This document shows positions 32,560-46,065 of a DNA stretch of 54,855 nt, piece after piece. Position numbers and translations under genes: made by a program. The stretch is from Prorocentrum cordatum (taxonomy: Eukaryota): assembly GCA_963575745.1 (NCBI GenBank), contig CAUYUJ010000208.1:62001-116855 (forward strand), read 5' to 3'. Positions within the stretch are counted from its first letter, which is position 1, and each line of letters begins with the position of its first letter. Below the pieces are notes generated by a model. It worked only from the letters and a program-made list of their open reading frames with translations, was not told where the DNA came from and searched no databases.

Positions 32560-35500
32560 TCCGCAATCACTCCGCACTGGGGCCGTCTCGGGGCCCTCGT
32601 GGGTCATCTCGGGAGCTTCTGGGGGCATGCTGGGCCGTCTCGAGGCGATGTCGGAGGCCTCCTGGGCAGTCTTGGGGCGTCGGAGGGCCGAGGGCGCGAG
32701 AACGCAGAACGCGTGTTATTTGAACATGAGTGATCCTGGCTTCTTGGAGCACTCTTGGAGGTCCCCTCGGAGCGCCCTTGGGGCCGCTTGGGGCGTCTTG
32801 GGCCATCGCGCGTGCAACTTGAGGGGCCCGGGGCGCTCGCGGGCCGCTTGGGTGGCATCTCGGACCCTCTCGGGCGCATCTCGGGGCCCTGGCCTTTGGG
32901 GCAGTCGCGCGACGCAGCCCGGGGGCGCGCGGGGGCGCTTGGTGCGTTCGAGCATTTAGGGCCCCAGCCGCGCGGGGAACGCGGGGGCATTGAGGTCGGT
33001 GCATTTCGCGCCCGGGGCTAGGTGGCAGATATATAACGCGCATGGCGCTACCCGCGGACACCCGCCTGCCTTGTCTGCGGGCGAGTCGCGAGAAAGTATC
33101 GAGTGGGGGCCCTTCCCTGTGAGGCTCTCACATCATGTCATTAATTAGAGCGGGTCAGTCGAATCCTGCGCTTGTCGCCACTTCTACAGTCTTCAGCGCT
33201 GAACCGGGATGAAGTCTCTAGTGGGGCCGCGCGGGGGGGCGGGGTGGATGAGGGGGGCGGGGTCGCGAGGAGGCGGGGGCGCAGAAACCGCGAGGATGGG
33301 GGTGGGGGGCGACGACGACGACGACGACGAGGCATGAATATCAGGGAGGGGGGGGGCGGCGCAAAGGAGGCAGGGGGAGGGGCGGGGGAAGAGGGGCGGC
33401 CAGGAGGAATCAGGGCGACGACGCTGAGGGCGAGGTGGGAGAGGAGGAGGTTCGAGGAAGATTCGCGCGGAGGGGGAGCTCGGGCAGGAAGGGGCGCAGG
33501 GGAGAAGGCCAGAGGAGGAGGGAGGGGGGGAGGAGGAACGACGGAGGAGTCCGTGTCGAACTCGCCGGGGTCGTCGTCGCTATATTCGCCATCGTCGTCG
33601 GCGGGGTGGCGCGCGCTGCCCGACCTTGCTGTCTCGGCCGCGGCGCGCCCCAGCGCGGGCCGTGGTTCAGCTTCGGCAGCCTCAGCGCGGCCGCCGCTGC
33701 ATCTCTGGCGGCGCCCCGGGTGCACTTTGGCGCGCGCGCTGCGCGCGTTGTTCGGCGCCGCATTTTCGCGCCGCCAGCGTCGACAAGCAGTTTTTGCGGC
33801 GGCGACTGCGTGGCCAGGGCGCCCCGCTGCAGGGGTCGTTCGGCCGCCCGCGCCAGGGCGCCCAATTCCGCGAACGGAACTGCCCTGCCGATTTCAAAAC
33901 TGACGGGAAGCCCTCCTCCCCCCCCCCTTCCGCTGCAGCCAGCCAGGGGGGGGGGGGGTAGGAAGGCGAGGAGGGGGGGAGGGGCGGTGGGAAGGGAGGG
34001 GGGGGGGAGGACGGGGGGGCGCGAAGAGCGAGTGGGGGGGGGGAGGGGGAAGGGGAGGGGGAGAAGCAGCAGCATCAGCAGCAGTGGTAGGGCAGGTGGA
34101 TCGAGGGTCGAAGTTCGATCGGAGATCGAAGATAGAGGGGGGATCGCAGATGGGGGGTTGGTCAGGGGTAAAGGGGGCCGAGGACCGAAGGACTCTCGAG
34201 GATCGATCGGAATTTAAAACAGAGGGACCGAGGGGGATTGGATCGGGCAGGATCAAGGGTGGAGGATCGAGGATCGAGGGGGGTCGTCCTCCCCCTGATA
34301 TCTCCATTAATTATCGGTCCTCCTTCTTCTTCCTTCTTCTCGTCTTGGCGCTCGTCTCGGTTCCTCTTTCTTCTTCCTTAATCATCGCGCTTATTTTGCC
34401 CCTGCTCTTGGTCCTCCTTCTTCTTCCTCCCCCTCGTCTTGCCCTCTTCCCCTTTTCTCCAGCCTGCCCCCGTCGACAGGCTGTTTCCGATCGGCTGACC
34501 TCATAGGGCGCCCGACGGCGCGCCCTTCCCCCATTGCTCGCGCCCAAGAGCTGCCCCCATAGCCTGCTCCAGCAGGTCGCCCTCGCACCCCCCCCCCACC
34601 CCACCCCACCGCGCGCGCAAGCTGCCCCCATCCATGGGGAGCCCGCGCCGAGTGCTTTCATAAGCTGCCCTGATTGGTTGCCCTCAGTGGCTGCGCTCTT
34701 ATCGCGCGTTCTCATGGGCTGCGCCCGTCCGCGGGCTGCCCCCATCCATGAGCTGCCTTCGCAGGCTGCCTCCGCGCGCTGCCCCCGCGCTGGGGCGCCC
34801 TCGTGAAATATTCTGCATGGTGCTCCCATGGGCCCCCCAGCTCCATGGGCTGCGCCCATGGGCTGCCCCCGCAGGCCGCGCCCCCAGGCTGCCCGCGTAC
34901 ATATGTTGCACTTGCCGGCGCTCCCGCCGGCTGCCCCGCAGGCTGCGCCCGTAGGCTGCGCCCATGTTCATCGTTTGCAAATCTGGGACATCTGGAAACG
35001 TCCACCCCAGCTGCTATTAATGTGCTTCGTTGGGTTAAATGTGTTGCAATGCGCGCGCGTCTGCTTTTCGTGGTGCCGTTGTGCTCGGGAGCTGGTGTTT
35101 TGGGTCGTATATCCGCTCGGTGTCTCGATGGCTACCCCGCGGGGGGCGGTGCCCCTTTTTCTCCGCTTCCGCGCGGCAGCGCGCCTTTCTTGGGAAGTCG
35201 GCCGAATCAGCCAATAGCCCCCGATTGCAAACCTACACTCTCGAATTCTTCATGGCGTCTCCATGGCGACCGCGCAAGATTTGAGGCCTTGGCTCATTTG
35301 CAGCGCTACTCCGACCGCCCACAAGCACCAAGCGATGCTAAGTGAAGCTAACAGAGGCCCCAATCACCCCAACTGACAGCACAGGCTTGCAGAACAAGAA
35401 TTCGCTGCTGTATTACAAATATGTTAAGCTTGTTTCAACCTCGAACTTTTCTGGGTGCACATGTGCCCGCTGCGTCCGCGCGCTCGGGCGATTTTTTCGT

Positions 35501-36884
35501 CCATGACGCAATCGCTTGGGATCTCGAAGCAGATCGCTCGGGACCCCCATCGAGGTCGTGGAAAACAGCACCCCCCAAAAGGTAAAGATCGGGCAGGGTC
35601 GAGGATGGGGGATCGAGGATCGAGGGGGATTGTTATCCCCCTGATCCCCTGCTTAATTATCGTCGTTATGCTCGAATTGGTTATGTTCCAGCTCTCGTTC
35701 CTCCTTCATCCTCCGCCCCCCTCGCCTTGCCCTTCATCATTTTTCTCCAGGTCGCCTCCTTCTACCTCCTGATCCTCTTGATATCCTCCGTTTCCAATGT
35801 TTGGCTTCCTGCGGGCGTCTTCCTGCGCGCGGCTTCCATGGGTTGCCCCCGTCCATAGGCCGCTTCCCGGGCTGCCCCCATGGGAGGCACCCGCAGGCTG
35901 CCTCCACAGGCTGCCCTCGCCCGTGAACAGCCCGCATCGGGCGCGCCCACGCGCTGCCCCCATCGACTGCCCCCATCGACAGGCTGTTTCCGATCGGCTG
36001 CCCTCGCGGGGCGCCCCCGCAGGCTGCGCCCACAGGCTGCCCCCCGCAGGCTGCCCCCACGGGCTGCTCCCATAGCTTGCTCCGGCAGGTTGCCCGCGTC
36101 GGCTGCCCCCCCGCGAGCTGCCCCCACCCATGGGCTGCTCGCGTCGGATGCTCTCATAGGCTGCCCGGGTTGGCTGCCATCATTGGCTGCGCTCTTATCG
36201 TTTGTTCCCATGAGGTGCACCCATCCACTGGCTGCCTTCCGCCACGCGGTGCCGCCGCTGGCGCCCCCCCCTCCCCCGGCGTTATCCGTTTTCCTTTCGG
36301 GCATGTAAATCATATATGATTCTGACCGCATGCCCATCCTAAATATGAATTAACAATATCTCAGAGGTACCAGGATCGGTCCCCCTGAGGTTCCCTTGTG
36401 AAAACCAATACGCGGGGACATAGATTCTCATGACATAGCACTTGTTTGCGAATCCCTTGTTAAAAAACGGGGCGAAGTGCGCGCGCGCGCGTCGTCGCGC
36501 GCGCATGCCGAAATCCTTCAAAAACCTTCGGTGTCGGAAGGATTTCGCAATCGATTTCGCAACGCTGATTTGCTAAAACAGCTTACGCGCAAGCTCTTGC
36601 GTAACCTTCAGAAACAATAGGTTTCCCAAGATGGCCACAACATGCTACCAAACGTATTTCGCGCGCGCATGTCGGAATCTGTCGAACGCCCTTGCGCGCG
36701 CGCCGTCGCGAGAATCCTTTTTGGGAAAAACGAGACGAAGTGCAGACGCGCGCGTCGTCGCGCCCGCATGCCGAAATCCTTCAAAACCCATCGATTTCGG
36801 AAGGATTACACAATCGCGTGCCTTTATATATAAAAAAGTTTCGCAACGCGGATGTTGTTCAACAAAAGCGCGCGCGCGCTCTTG

Positions 36885-37625
36885 CGTCGTCGTCGTCGTC
36901 GTCGTCGCCGTCCTCCCTCCTCCCGCGTCGGCGTCGTCGACGCCTACGTCGTCCTTTGTATTTCCTCGTTCGTTGTCGTCCTCTTTGGCGTCGTCGTCGT
37001 TTCCGTCGTCGTTGTCGCCGTGGTCGTCCTTCCTCCTCCCTCGTCGTCGTCGTCGTCCGTCGTCGGCGCCTGGTCGTCGTGCCTCCTACTTCGTTTCCGT
37101 CGTCGTCGTTGTCGCCGTCGTCGTCGTCGTCTTCCTTCCTCCCTCGTCGTTGTCGTCGTCGGCGTCGCCGTCCTTCCTCCTTCCTCGTCGTTTGCGTTGT
37201 CGCCGTCCTCCCTCCTCCCTCGTCGTCGTCGTCGTTGTCGTCGTTGTCGTCCTTCCTCCCCCCTCTTCGTCTTCGTTGGCGACGTCGTCGTCGTCTTCGT
37301 CGTCGTCGTCGGCGTCGGCGTCGTCGTCGTCTTCGTCGTCGTCGACGGCGTCGTCGTCGTCGCCGCCGTCGTCGGCGTCGGCGTCGGCGTCGTTGACGTC
37401 GTCGTCGTCGTCGGCGTCGTCGGCGTCGTGAACATCGTCGTCGTTGTCATCGTCGTCGTCGGCGTCGGCGTCGGCGTCGTCGTCGTCGTCGGCGTCGGCG
37501 TCGTCGTCGTCGTCGTTGTCGGCGTCGTCGAAGTCGTTGGAGACGTCGTCGGTGTCGTCGTAGTCGGCGTCGGCGGCGTCGTCGTCGTCGTCGTCGTCGC
37601 TGTCGTCGTCGGCGTCGCTGTCGTT
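36885..37625. repeat. Degenerate (GTC)n microsatellite
   Basis: Directly visible; the source of spurious poly-S/R/V/T/D ORFs. Confidence 0.95.
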
Positions 37626-37961
37626 GCCAAGTGCAATTTGGTGCCCACCGCCACGGTCATAAGTCATTTTGCAAACCAAGTTGCGGGTGGGTGGGTGGGA
37701 TGTTTGCGCGAGCAGTGGATGCGGTCAAGCGCGGTGCAGGGTAGTCAACTGCACCGTAGGTTGCCCCCTCGTAGCCAGCCCTCGTAGGCCGCGCGCGCGC
37801 TGCCCCCCATCCATAGATTCTCTCGCATTAAAGATCGCCCCCCTCCCCCTGCCCCACCCGCGCGCGCGCGCCCCGCCCGCCCCCCCTCCACCCCAACCCC
37901 CGCCCCGCCCCCGCCCCCCCCCTCCTCCCCCCGCGCTGATTTAAAGACCCCCCCCTGGGAA

Positions 37962-37994
<33 letters not shown>

Positions 37995-38023
37995 TATATA
38001 TGTGTATACTTTCTCCCGTTCTC

Positions 38024-39503
38024 ACTCCTTCGAGGACAAAGAGGCCTTTGAAAAGGCCGTGGTGGTGCCCGGCGATGTTTTGGCGGCGATCGATTGGATT
38101 GCTGCGCGCTCGGAGCGGCAGGTGTGCCGTGAGCGGCGAGCGACTCTCGAGCGAATTCGGGCCAGGGACGCCGAGCTACGCGCCTCTGGAGCGACGGCGG
38201 CCTGGTTCGCGGGCTGCGATGCCCATGTGCGCACAATCGCAGGGTCGATCAACGGCCCTCTTCTCGTCGAACTGCTCGACGAAATCGGTTACGAGGACGC
38301 GGCCTGCGTGGAAGTCTTTCGGCGCGGCGCGCCTCTCGTGGGCCCTCTCCCGTGCACGGGGAACGGGCGTCCGGAATCTTTCCCTGTACCGCTCAGCCTG
38401 CCGGACTTGGCCGCGGGCGCGGAGCGAGGCAACGCCGCGCTGCTCGGCACGCTCAAGGAGTCTAGCGACTCCGCCGTGATTCTCACCAAAACTATCGCCG
38501 AAGCGGAGCTCGGCCGAATGAGCCATCCCGCGCCGCTCAGCGCGGTCGAGCTCGACGGTGCGGTTTTGTCGCCGCGGTTCGGCGTCCGGCAGTCGAGAGA
38601 GGACGGGTCCGAGAAGCTGCGGCTCGTAGATGATATGTCGCGCTCTCGTATCAACGCGGCGTCGCAGCCGACGGAGCGTCTCGGCCATGAAGCCATCGAC
38701 GCTCTGTTTGGCACTTGCAAGGCATTTGTGACGCGCGTGGGCGAAGCGCCCGGGCTCTGGAAGGCGGACATAGACGCCGCGTTCCGGCGCGTGCCGCTGT
38801 TGCCGGAACATCGCGCCCTCGCATGGGTCGCGTTCCTCGTGGGCACATGCGTCTACGTGGCTCAGCACTTCGCCGCCCCATTCGGAGCGACTTCCTCCGT
38901 TCACAGCTGGGAGCGCATCGGCGCGATGCTGTCAGCGCTGGGCCGCAGGCTCATTTTCGTCCCCGTCCTCAGATATGTGGACGACTTCTTCTGCCCCGAA
39001 CGTAAGAAAGGGCTGCGCGACGCAATGCGACAGTTCGCCGAACTGGTAAGAATCATTCTGGGCCCGAGCGCTGTGGCCGACGGTAAGCTGCTGTTCGGCA
39101 ATCCGCTCGGGGTCCTGGGCTTGTCTGTGGCGATTGACGAGCGTGGCCTCGTGTGCTGGCCGCTGCCGGAGAAGCGCGCCCGGTGGCGCGCCGAGATCGC
39201 TGCTGCTCTTCAAGAGGGCGCGCTCGAGCGCGGGCGCGCGTCCAAGTTGGCAGGCCGCTTCTGTTGGGCTGCCTCCCACACCTTCGGGCGGTTCGGGCGC
39301 GCGCTGCTCCCGCCGTTGTTTGAGCACGCAAGGGCGCGCCATCCTAGTATCCCGGCGCACCTGCGAGTCTGCCTGCAATGGTGGCACGAAGCGCTCGCCA
39401 GAAATTTCACCACGACGCGGGAGTGGCAGGCGCCAGACACCAGGTCTGTCCAATTGCTCTCCGACGCGCGGGGGAATCCAGCTAGAGTGGCCGCGGTTCT
39501 TTT
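38024..39503 (+). pseudogene. Truncated duplicate of the element-2 RT, ending at the start of RNase H
   Basis: 38202-39503 appears identical to 26211-27512 (offset 11991). 38024-38201 supplies extra N-terminal RT sequence (FEKAVVVPGDVLAAIDWIAARSERQVCRER) that aligns with element 1. It is preceded by (TA)n at ~37963-38000. Confidence 0.9.
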
Positions 39504-39805
39504 GGGTCGGAATAACGAAGTTATTGCTTGGCACAAATCCGCCCGCGCTGTGAACGAGGGCCAGTCTGCGACCGCTCGCATTGGGATCTCGTGCCGCCAA
39601 GGGAGTGGAGCCTCGCTGCGCGATGTGGCGCGTGCTGGTGGCACGCGCGGAGCGGCGCGGCCGCGCCGCCTCGGCGAGGGCCTCGGTGCGCGATTTTCGC
39701 GCGGTGGCCTCGCTGCGCGAGCGGCAAGGCGCCGGGGCTCTCAGCGCGGCGTTGGAGTGGTTGTCGAGAAGGGCGCATCGAGCTGCGCGCGGTTGCCAGC
39801 TTGGT

Positions 39806-40954
39806 ATGCTCACTGCAGCGCGCGCAATGGCTTGCGCCCTGCTGGCGGGCGCAGCCACCGCGCAGCCTGTTTTCCCCGATGGGGCAGGTGCGATTATTGG
39901 CGGCGTGGCAGCCCAGCAGCGCGCGACGCCCGCGCTGGTCGCCGACGACCGCGCCACGGTGCAACGCCTCGGGCGGGCCGCCGCTGCTCGTCTCGAGCAT
40001 GACCTCGCGGCGTCGATATTGCGGGAAGAATTGAACGAGGACGGGCGGAGGAGCGCGCGCTGGTCTCGTGGCCGGCCGCGCGACGCAGGCGGCGTACACA
40101 ATGGCCCACGTCCGAATTTTGCAGCGAGTCTTCGCTGGAGGGTGCCCCCGCGACGTTACCAAGTGCACCGCTCCCTTGGGTTTTCGGCACCTGTTTTCGC
40201 GCGTCGCGGACGACGCTGCCAGTGGCTGGCGTGACCTGCTGAACGCTGCCGCCGGTCACCCTTGCAGTCCAGGTGCCCGCGCGAATGGGATCGAACCGCG
40301 GCGCTCGGCAGCGTCCGTTGAGCACGGTGGCCTGCTCCGCTCGGCGACTTGCAGTCGGGGGCGTGCTCTCCGCCGTCGGATTACGATGGCGCGACTGCAT
40401 ATTGAGCAGGTGCGCCCCCTAGCGCGCTCGCGCGCGGCCTGCGCAGGATGGTGCGGCGACGTTGACGCGCGCGACATGTCGCCTGCAGAGATCGAGGCGC
40501 GCGCCGCTGGATGGGAGGCGCGGCTGTTTGCGTTGCCCCGTGGCAGTTTTGAGCAGGCATTTTCGTGGAAGTGCAAGGCATCGTGGCCGTGCGCAGCCCC
40601 GTGTAAGCTGGATTTCGGATCATGTCCAGTGGCTGGGCGGCGCGGTAGCTCATCGGCGCGCGGCCGCGCGGGGTCGTGTATTTCGCAGGCGTGGAGGAGT
40701 CAAGGCAGCGGCGCGTGCGCGGCGCCCGCGGAATACAACGGCATGTGCAGGCGTTCGCGGCGGCGCGTGGCGCGCCGGCCGCGGTGGGCCCGCAGTTTCG
40801 CGCGCAGACGCGCCGCTGATTTTTCGAACCAGACTGCGTCGCAGAAGGCGTCGTGGGCGGCGATGTGCGACGTCGCGTGGCTTGCCTTCGCCCTCGGGGC
40901 CAGTCGCTCGCGAATCGCGATTAGGATGCGTTGCTTCGCAGGCCGTGCGCGTGA
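39806..40954 (+). CDS. CPW-WPC domain protein (two domains, hydrophobic N-terminus), multi-intron
   Basis: Removing short GA/GT/GC-AG introns gives CPRDVTKCPREW...GACSPPSDYDGWCGDVDARDMSPAEIE...FSWKCKASWPC and CKLDFGSCPVAW...GACAAPAEYNGMC...ADFSNQTASQKASWAAMCDVAWPCA*. This matches the alveolate CPW-WPC repeat pattern. Confidence 0.82.
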
Positions 40955-43219
40955 GGACATTTTCCGCGTGGCTCGCCGCGACGAGCGCTGCCTCGCGGAG
41001 CTGGCGGAGGCGCGGGGCGGGGCGGGGCTGAACGCGCGAGCAGCGCTTACGAGGGACACGATGAATGACGCGCGGACTTAGGCAGGTTGATTAACGATTT
41101 GTCGTTGGCACAATACATAAAGCACATAGTGATATATCCGAAAAGCGAAACACATGTTTAGTACATTCGCCCGCTCTGGTCACGGCCCTGCGGCGGGCTT
41201 GCCAACGCGCGGGCCTTCTCGCGCGGCTGGTCGGCCGCGCGCTGTCCGACTTGCTTCTTCGCTAATCGTCGCTGCTAACCCATGCGCAAGGCGTTGGAAT
41301 CAATGGGGAACGGACGGCATGCATCAACTAGCGCTTCGGCCCGGGCACCGAACAAACACGATGATGCTGTGCTCGATGGCGACTGGGGTTCTTTTCGTTG
41401 GTCCATGGAACGCGGCCCCGTCTGTTTGTCTGAGCGGGGGCCGGGAGGGCATGAGTCGATCGCCTAGCGCAGCTGGCCTCACCCGCGACATCTGCATAGG
41501 GAAATGCACGCGGTTAACTATTCAGGCGCGCGCAGGCGGCGCGTGGCCGCGACCGCAGCAGGGATTGGACACGCCCACATAACGCCCGAAGCACGGGGCG
41601 CCGATCGCAGCCGACCGCGACGCAAGTGCAGCGCGCCCGGAATCTGACGACATCGCCATGCCTTGCCGCCGCGGGGTGGATGTGCCGACCGACAGAGTAC
41701 CCTGACGGTAGTTGCCTTCAGATTTCGGATATTGTTGTGGCATCTTCAAATTCTGAAGTCGTGCCTGGCTCAAGATCTGCACCTTTCACCAGGGCGGGCC
41801 GTTTCTCTCCCTTCCGCCACGGGTCTGAAGTCGCGCCGAACTGTTGCAGGGTCAGCGAGCTGAAGCTGAGCCCCCTCGGCGGCCTGGCGGGGTCGCCCCT
41901 GCCCCCCCTTCCAGCCCCCTTCCTTGTATATGCGAAACACGCGCGCCAAAAAAAACTATTGGAAACCAATACTAATACATTTATATAAAAAAAGAAGCAG
42001 CCCGCGCGAGCCAGCGGGCCCAATCCTATGTGCAAAACCAAAATGAAACCATTCCGACGACAACAAAAAACTAACGCGGCATCTCCCGCCGAAGTTTTGC
42101 CCCGAACGCGTCTTCAACAAAATCAATCGCGCGTCGCGCGCGCCGCGCCCCATTCCCGCTTCGCGAGTGCCACTGTCGGAACGCTTTGCTTCCGCGCGGT
42201 GGCTCTTGTTTTCCACGGGCCAGCTGCGCAGCGCTCGACTTTCCGACGCGCCGGGTCCCGCAGGGAGGAAGCGCGCTATATGAATTGCATGGATTTCTCG
42301 CCAGACGCCCGCGCGACGCTGCGCTAATGCGCGCAGCTTTCGCGGCGTGCCAAGCGGGCTGCGAGGGCCGCCGCGCCTTTGAAGTGCGGCGCGGACGCTC
42401 GACGTGAAAACCCGCGCCCGCCCGCGCCAGCCGCCTGGGCGCCAGCCGCCCGGGCGCCGGCGCACCTCCATGCCCCTTCGGAGGTGCGCCGTCACACCGC
42501 CGACTTGCAACAGTTCGTTGCGCGCCTGACACATCAGCGCCGTGGCCCCACTCGCCCATTGCCCGCTGGCCTTCGCGCCGCCTCCTTGGCGCATGCCGCC
42601 CCACCTGTGGGCCCACTGGTGGGGCGTCCTCCTCCCAGTTCGCCCCCTGCCACCCGCTGGCCTTCGCGCCGCCCCCCTGGCGCATGCCGCCCCACCTGTG
42701 GGCCCGCTGGCGGGGCGTCCTCCCCCCTGTTCGCCGCCTCCCTCTCGCTCGCCCCCCCTCGCTCCGCGCCGCCATGGCGCTGCCGGCCCCGCTGACGCCG
42801 CCAGCTGCCGACGCCCGCGCCGGCCCCGGGCCCAGTCCTGCCGCTCGCCGCTGGCGCCGTGGCCCCGTGGCTCCCAACGGGCCCGCGATGGGGTTGAGCA
42901 GCCTCGGATTGAACCCGTCACGCACTCGTCACCCGAGACTTGTTTTTCCGCGCTGGGCCCCGCCGCCCCGGGCCCAGTTGTGCAGCGGCCGCCGCGCGCC
43001 GAGCGGCGGGCCCAGCCGACCCCCCCCCCCCCCCCTCTTGCATGGCGGCGCAATTCGCTCCGCCCATGCGTTTCATCGCCAGCGCAGTCGCCTAATGCCC
43101 AGCCGCCGACGCAACAGTTTTGTGCATGTATATACATGTATGATTATAAATATACACACACGTATACCTATACGACCATCCTTCGGGCGATGAGGAGGTT
43201 CGGGGGCGGGGGGGCAGTG

Positions 43220-44027
43220 TCTCACTATCGATCGGTCTCACTATCGGTCTCGCTCGATCGATCTCACTCGATCGATCTCACAATCGATCTCACTCGATCT
43301 ATTGCATTCGTTCGATCTCACAATCGATCTGACTATTCACGATCGATCTCACATTCTGTCTCACTATCGCTATCACAGTCGATCTCACAATCAACGTCAA
43401 CACCACCATCATCAACATCAACGTCATCAACAGCATCATCACCGGGACACCAGCATCATCATCATCATCGGGACACCATCATCGTCACCATCAGCATCAT
43501 CAACATCATCCTCATCGGGACACCGTCATCATCATCAGCATCGGAACACCACCACCATCATCATGAACAACATGATCAGCAACATCATCATCGGGACACG
43601 ATCATGATCGTCTCCATCATCACCATCACCATCATCATCATCGGGGCACCGTCATAATCATCAACAACAGCATCATCATCGGGCCACCATCATCACAATC
43701 ATCATATTCACCTCATCATCAACATCACCATGATCGGGACACCATCATCGTCAACAGCATCATCAGCACAATCACAATCCTCATCGTGACACTATCGGCA
43801 TCATCAGCACCATAATCATCAACATCATCATCATCAATCCCATCATCACCATCATCATCGGGAGACCATCCTTATCATCTTCCATCGCCATCACCATCGG
43901 GACATCAATCATCAGCAACATCAGCATCATCAGCATCATCATCACCGGGACACCATCATCAGCACCACCAGCATCATCATCAGCATCGTCAACATCATCA
44001 TCATCATCACCATCGGGACACCATCAT

Positions 44028-44059
<32 letters not shown>

Positions 44060-44079
44060 TCATCAACAGCATCGACATC

Positions 44080-44110
<31 letters not shown>

Positions 44111-44115
44111 TCGGG
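43220..44115. repeat. CGATCTCA-rich tract followed by a degenerate (ATC)n microsatellite (copy at ~48620-49535)
   Basis: Directly visible. Confidence 0.92.
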
Positions 44116-44699
44116 ACACCGGCGGGGCACCGCGCGGCACCAGACGCCCGAAGGGAATCATTTGGCCCGGCCGCGCCTCTGCCAGAGGCGGGACGCCGGC
44201 GGCGCACCGCGCGGCACCAGTTGCCGGAAGGGGATTATTTGGTTTGGCCACGCCTCAGCCACAGGAGACTTTCCTTTCGCCCGCCCACGCAGCTTCGCGC
44301 ACGGCACGCACGAACACGAAACCGAAACCGATTTCCCGGCAGGGGGGCTCTCCGTTACACTTCGATCTCACCCCCTCACCTCCGATTTTCACGCCGTCTC
44401 CCAGCCATGCAGCTGCCCTCTGCCCGCGCGCGCACCTCGGGGCGGGGCCGGGTGGGCGCGGCGGTCAAGACAAATATTGTGACCTTTCTTATTTGTATTG
44501 TGCTTTGTTGTAACATTAGGCGGCGTGCACGTTGCATCCTAGCCTTGCCAGGGGCGGCAGTGGTGGGCGGACAGTTATGCCGACTCCTGCTCCTAGCTAT
44601 TATGCGGCGGGGTCTTTTTGCGGCGGGGTGTAGGGGTGGAACCCTCGAGCTTTAGTCTCGCGCAGCGGGGCGGCGGATGGGGGCACAGGCGTCATTTGT

Positions 44700-45475
44700 A
44701 TGATCGATCCAATCCCCTTCCTATGTTCACTTTACTGGCCCAGGGAGTCGTGAACTCATTGCCGCGGCGAGCCGCTTCGATCGACACCTCGAGGTCCTCG
44801 AGGGGCTGGAGCGTCGCCATCGTGCGTGCCAATTTTTATTCGGGCCCGTCTTGATGTCGTGGTAGCCTGCAATCGCCTTGATCATGCTCAGCTTGAGGTT
44901 CCCCGCGGTCTTGGACCCCTTGTCCAGGTCCATGCTGGCATGCATCGCAGCCTGGGCATCCTTGGCCGTCACCTCTAGCCTCTGCCTGAGCGTCTTCTAA
45001 CCTGCAGCCACCGTTTAGGCGAGCTTTTTCTCGCCGTCCGCGCCCGCGATGCAGCCCTGTTTCCGATCGCTGCCACATTCGGTTGCTCTGGCCGCCTGGG
45101 CGCATCCCCCCCACCAGTCGGCGGCGTCGGCGCAGGGGTTGCCGGGGCCGCAGGCGCCTCGAAGTCGGCAGTGTCGATCATGCGGCTGAAGTCGTCGAAG
45201 CCGCCCTCGAGGTGCATGAGCTCGACCCTCTTGGCCATGGCATTGCACTTCATGAACGGCTGGTTGCCAGTGCGCTTCCTGCTTTGTGCGGCGCCAGGCA
45301 GCCCTTGGCGATATTTTCCCCCGTGACGTAAGCGTCGGCATCGCCGCCTTCTCGTCGACTACGATCTTTCCGAACGGCTTGTAGCGCCCCCCTGGATCGT
45401 CGATCGGTTCGCGTGCCCCTCCTTTTTGCGCTTCTTCTGTTGGTGCTTCTCCACATCCCCCGCCGCCCGTTTCAA
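44700..45475 (-). pseudogene. Frameshifted coding remnant of an unknown family (copy at ~50109-50891)
   Basis: Protein-like pieces across frames: RYKPFGKIVVD / EGGDADAYVTGENIAKGCL / FMKCNAMAKRVELMHLEGGF / LRQRLEVTAKDAQAAMHASMDL. Confidence 0.45.
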
Positions 45476-46065
45476 GCGCGGCTCTTCTATCGCCCCATAG
45501 TTCTTAGCATTGTCATATTATTCCTTGCGCGGCCTCCGACGCCATCATTCACATGAAGGGATCGGCTCGGTTCGGTTCGGTCCGGTTCTGCAGCCGGGTC
45601 GGTTTTGCTTGGCCGGTTCGGTTTGGCATCGGTCCGGTTTCGGCCGGTTCGGCTTGGGCCTGCCGCCGGTTCGGTTCGGTTCCGGTTTTCGCGCGGTTGG
45701 GTCCGACCGGTTCGGTTCGGTTCGAGTGGCCGCTCTGGTTCGGTTCGGCCCGACTGGTCAGGTGCGACGTTGGGCGCCCCGTCTGCGTAAGCGACGACCC
45801 AGTTTGAAAAAAAGGGAGGAGGAGGAGGAGGAGGAGGAGGAGGAGGAGGAGGAGGAGGAGGAGGAGGAGGAGGAGGGGGAGGAGGCGGAGGCGGAGGCGG
45901 AGGAGGGAGGAGGAGGACGACGAGGAGGAGAAGGAGGAGGAGGAGCAGGAGGAGAAACGTGGAGGCGTGGAGGCGCGAGGCCCTCCAGCGACGTGCCCCG
46001 ACGGGGGTCGCAGCCCCGAGGGGGGTCGCAGCCCCGGGAGGGTCGCAGCCCCGAGGGGGGTCGCG

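Larger units (their letters stand above)
41555..45551 (+). repeat. Segmental duplication block Q (further copies at 46986-51008 and, partially, ~53620-54855)
   Basis: Near-identical ~4 kb blocks with scattered substitutions and indels. Confidence 0.92.

Noticed and set aside
33190..36880. G-rich tracts and GCTGCCCC-type duplicated segments as genes
   Set aside because: They are degenerate repeats with no coherent coding signal.
36631..37787. Poly-Ser/Arg/Val/Thr/Asp ORFs
   Set aside because: They are translations of a (GTC)n microsatellite.
41766..41774. TGGCTCAAG (SL 3' end) in block Q and its copies
   Set aside because: A 9-nt match with no downstream ORF is compatible with chance.
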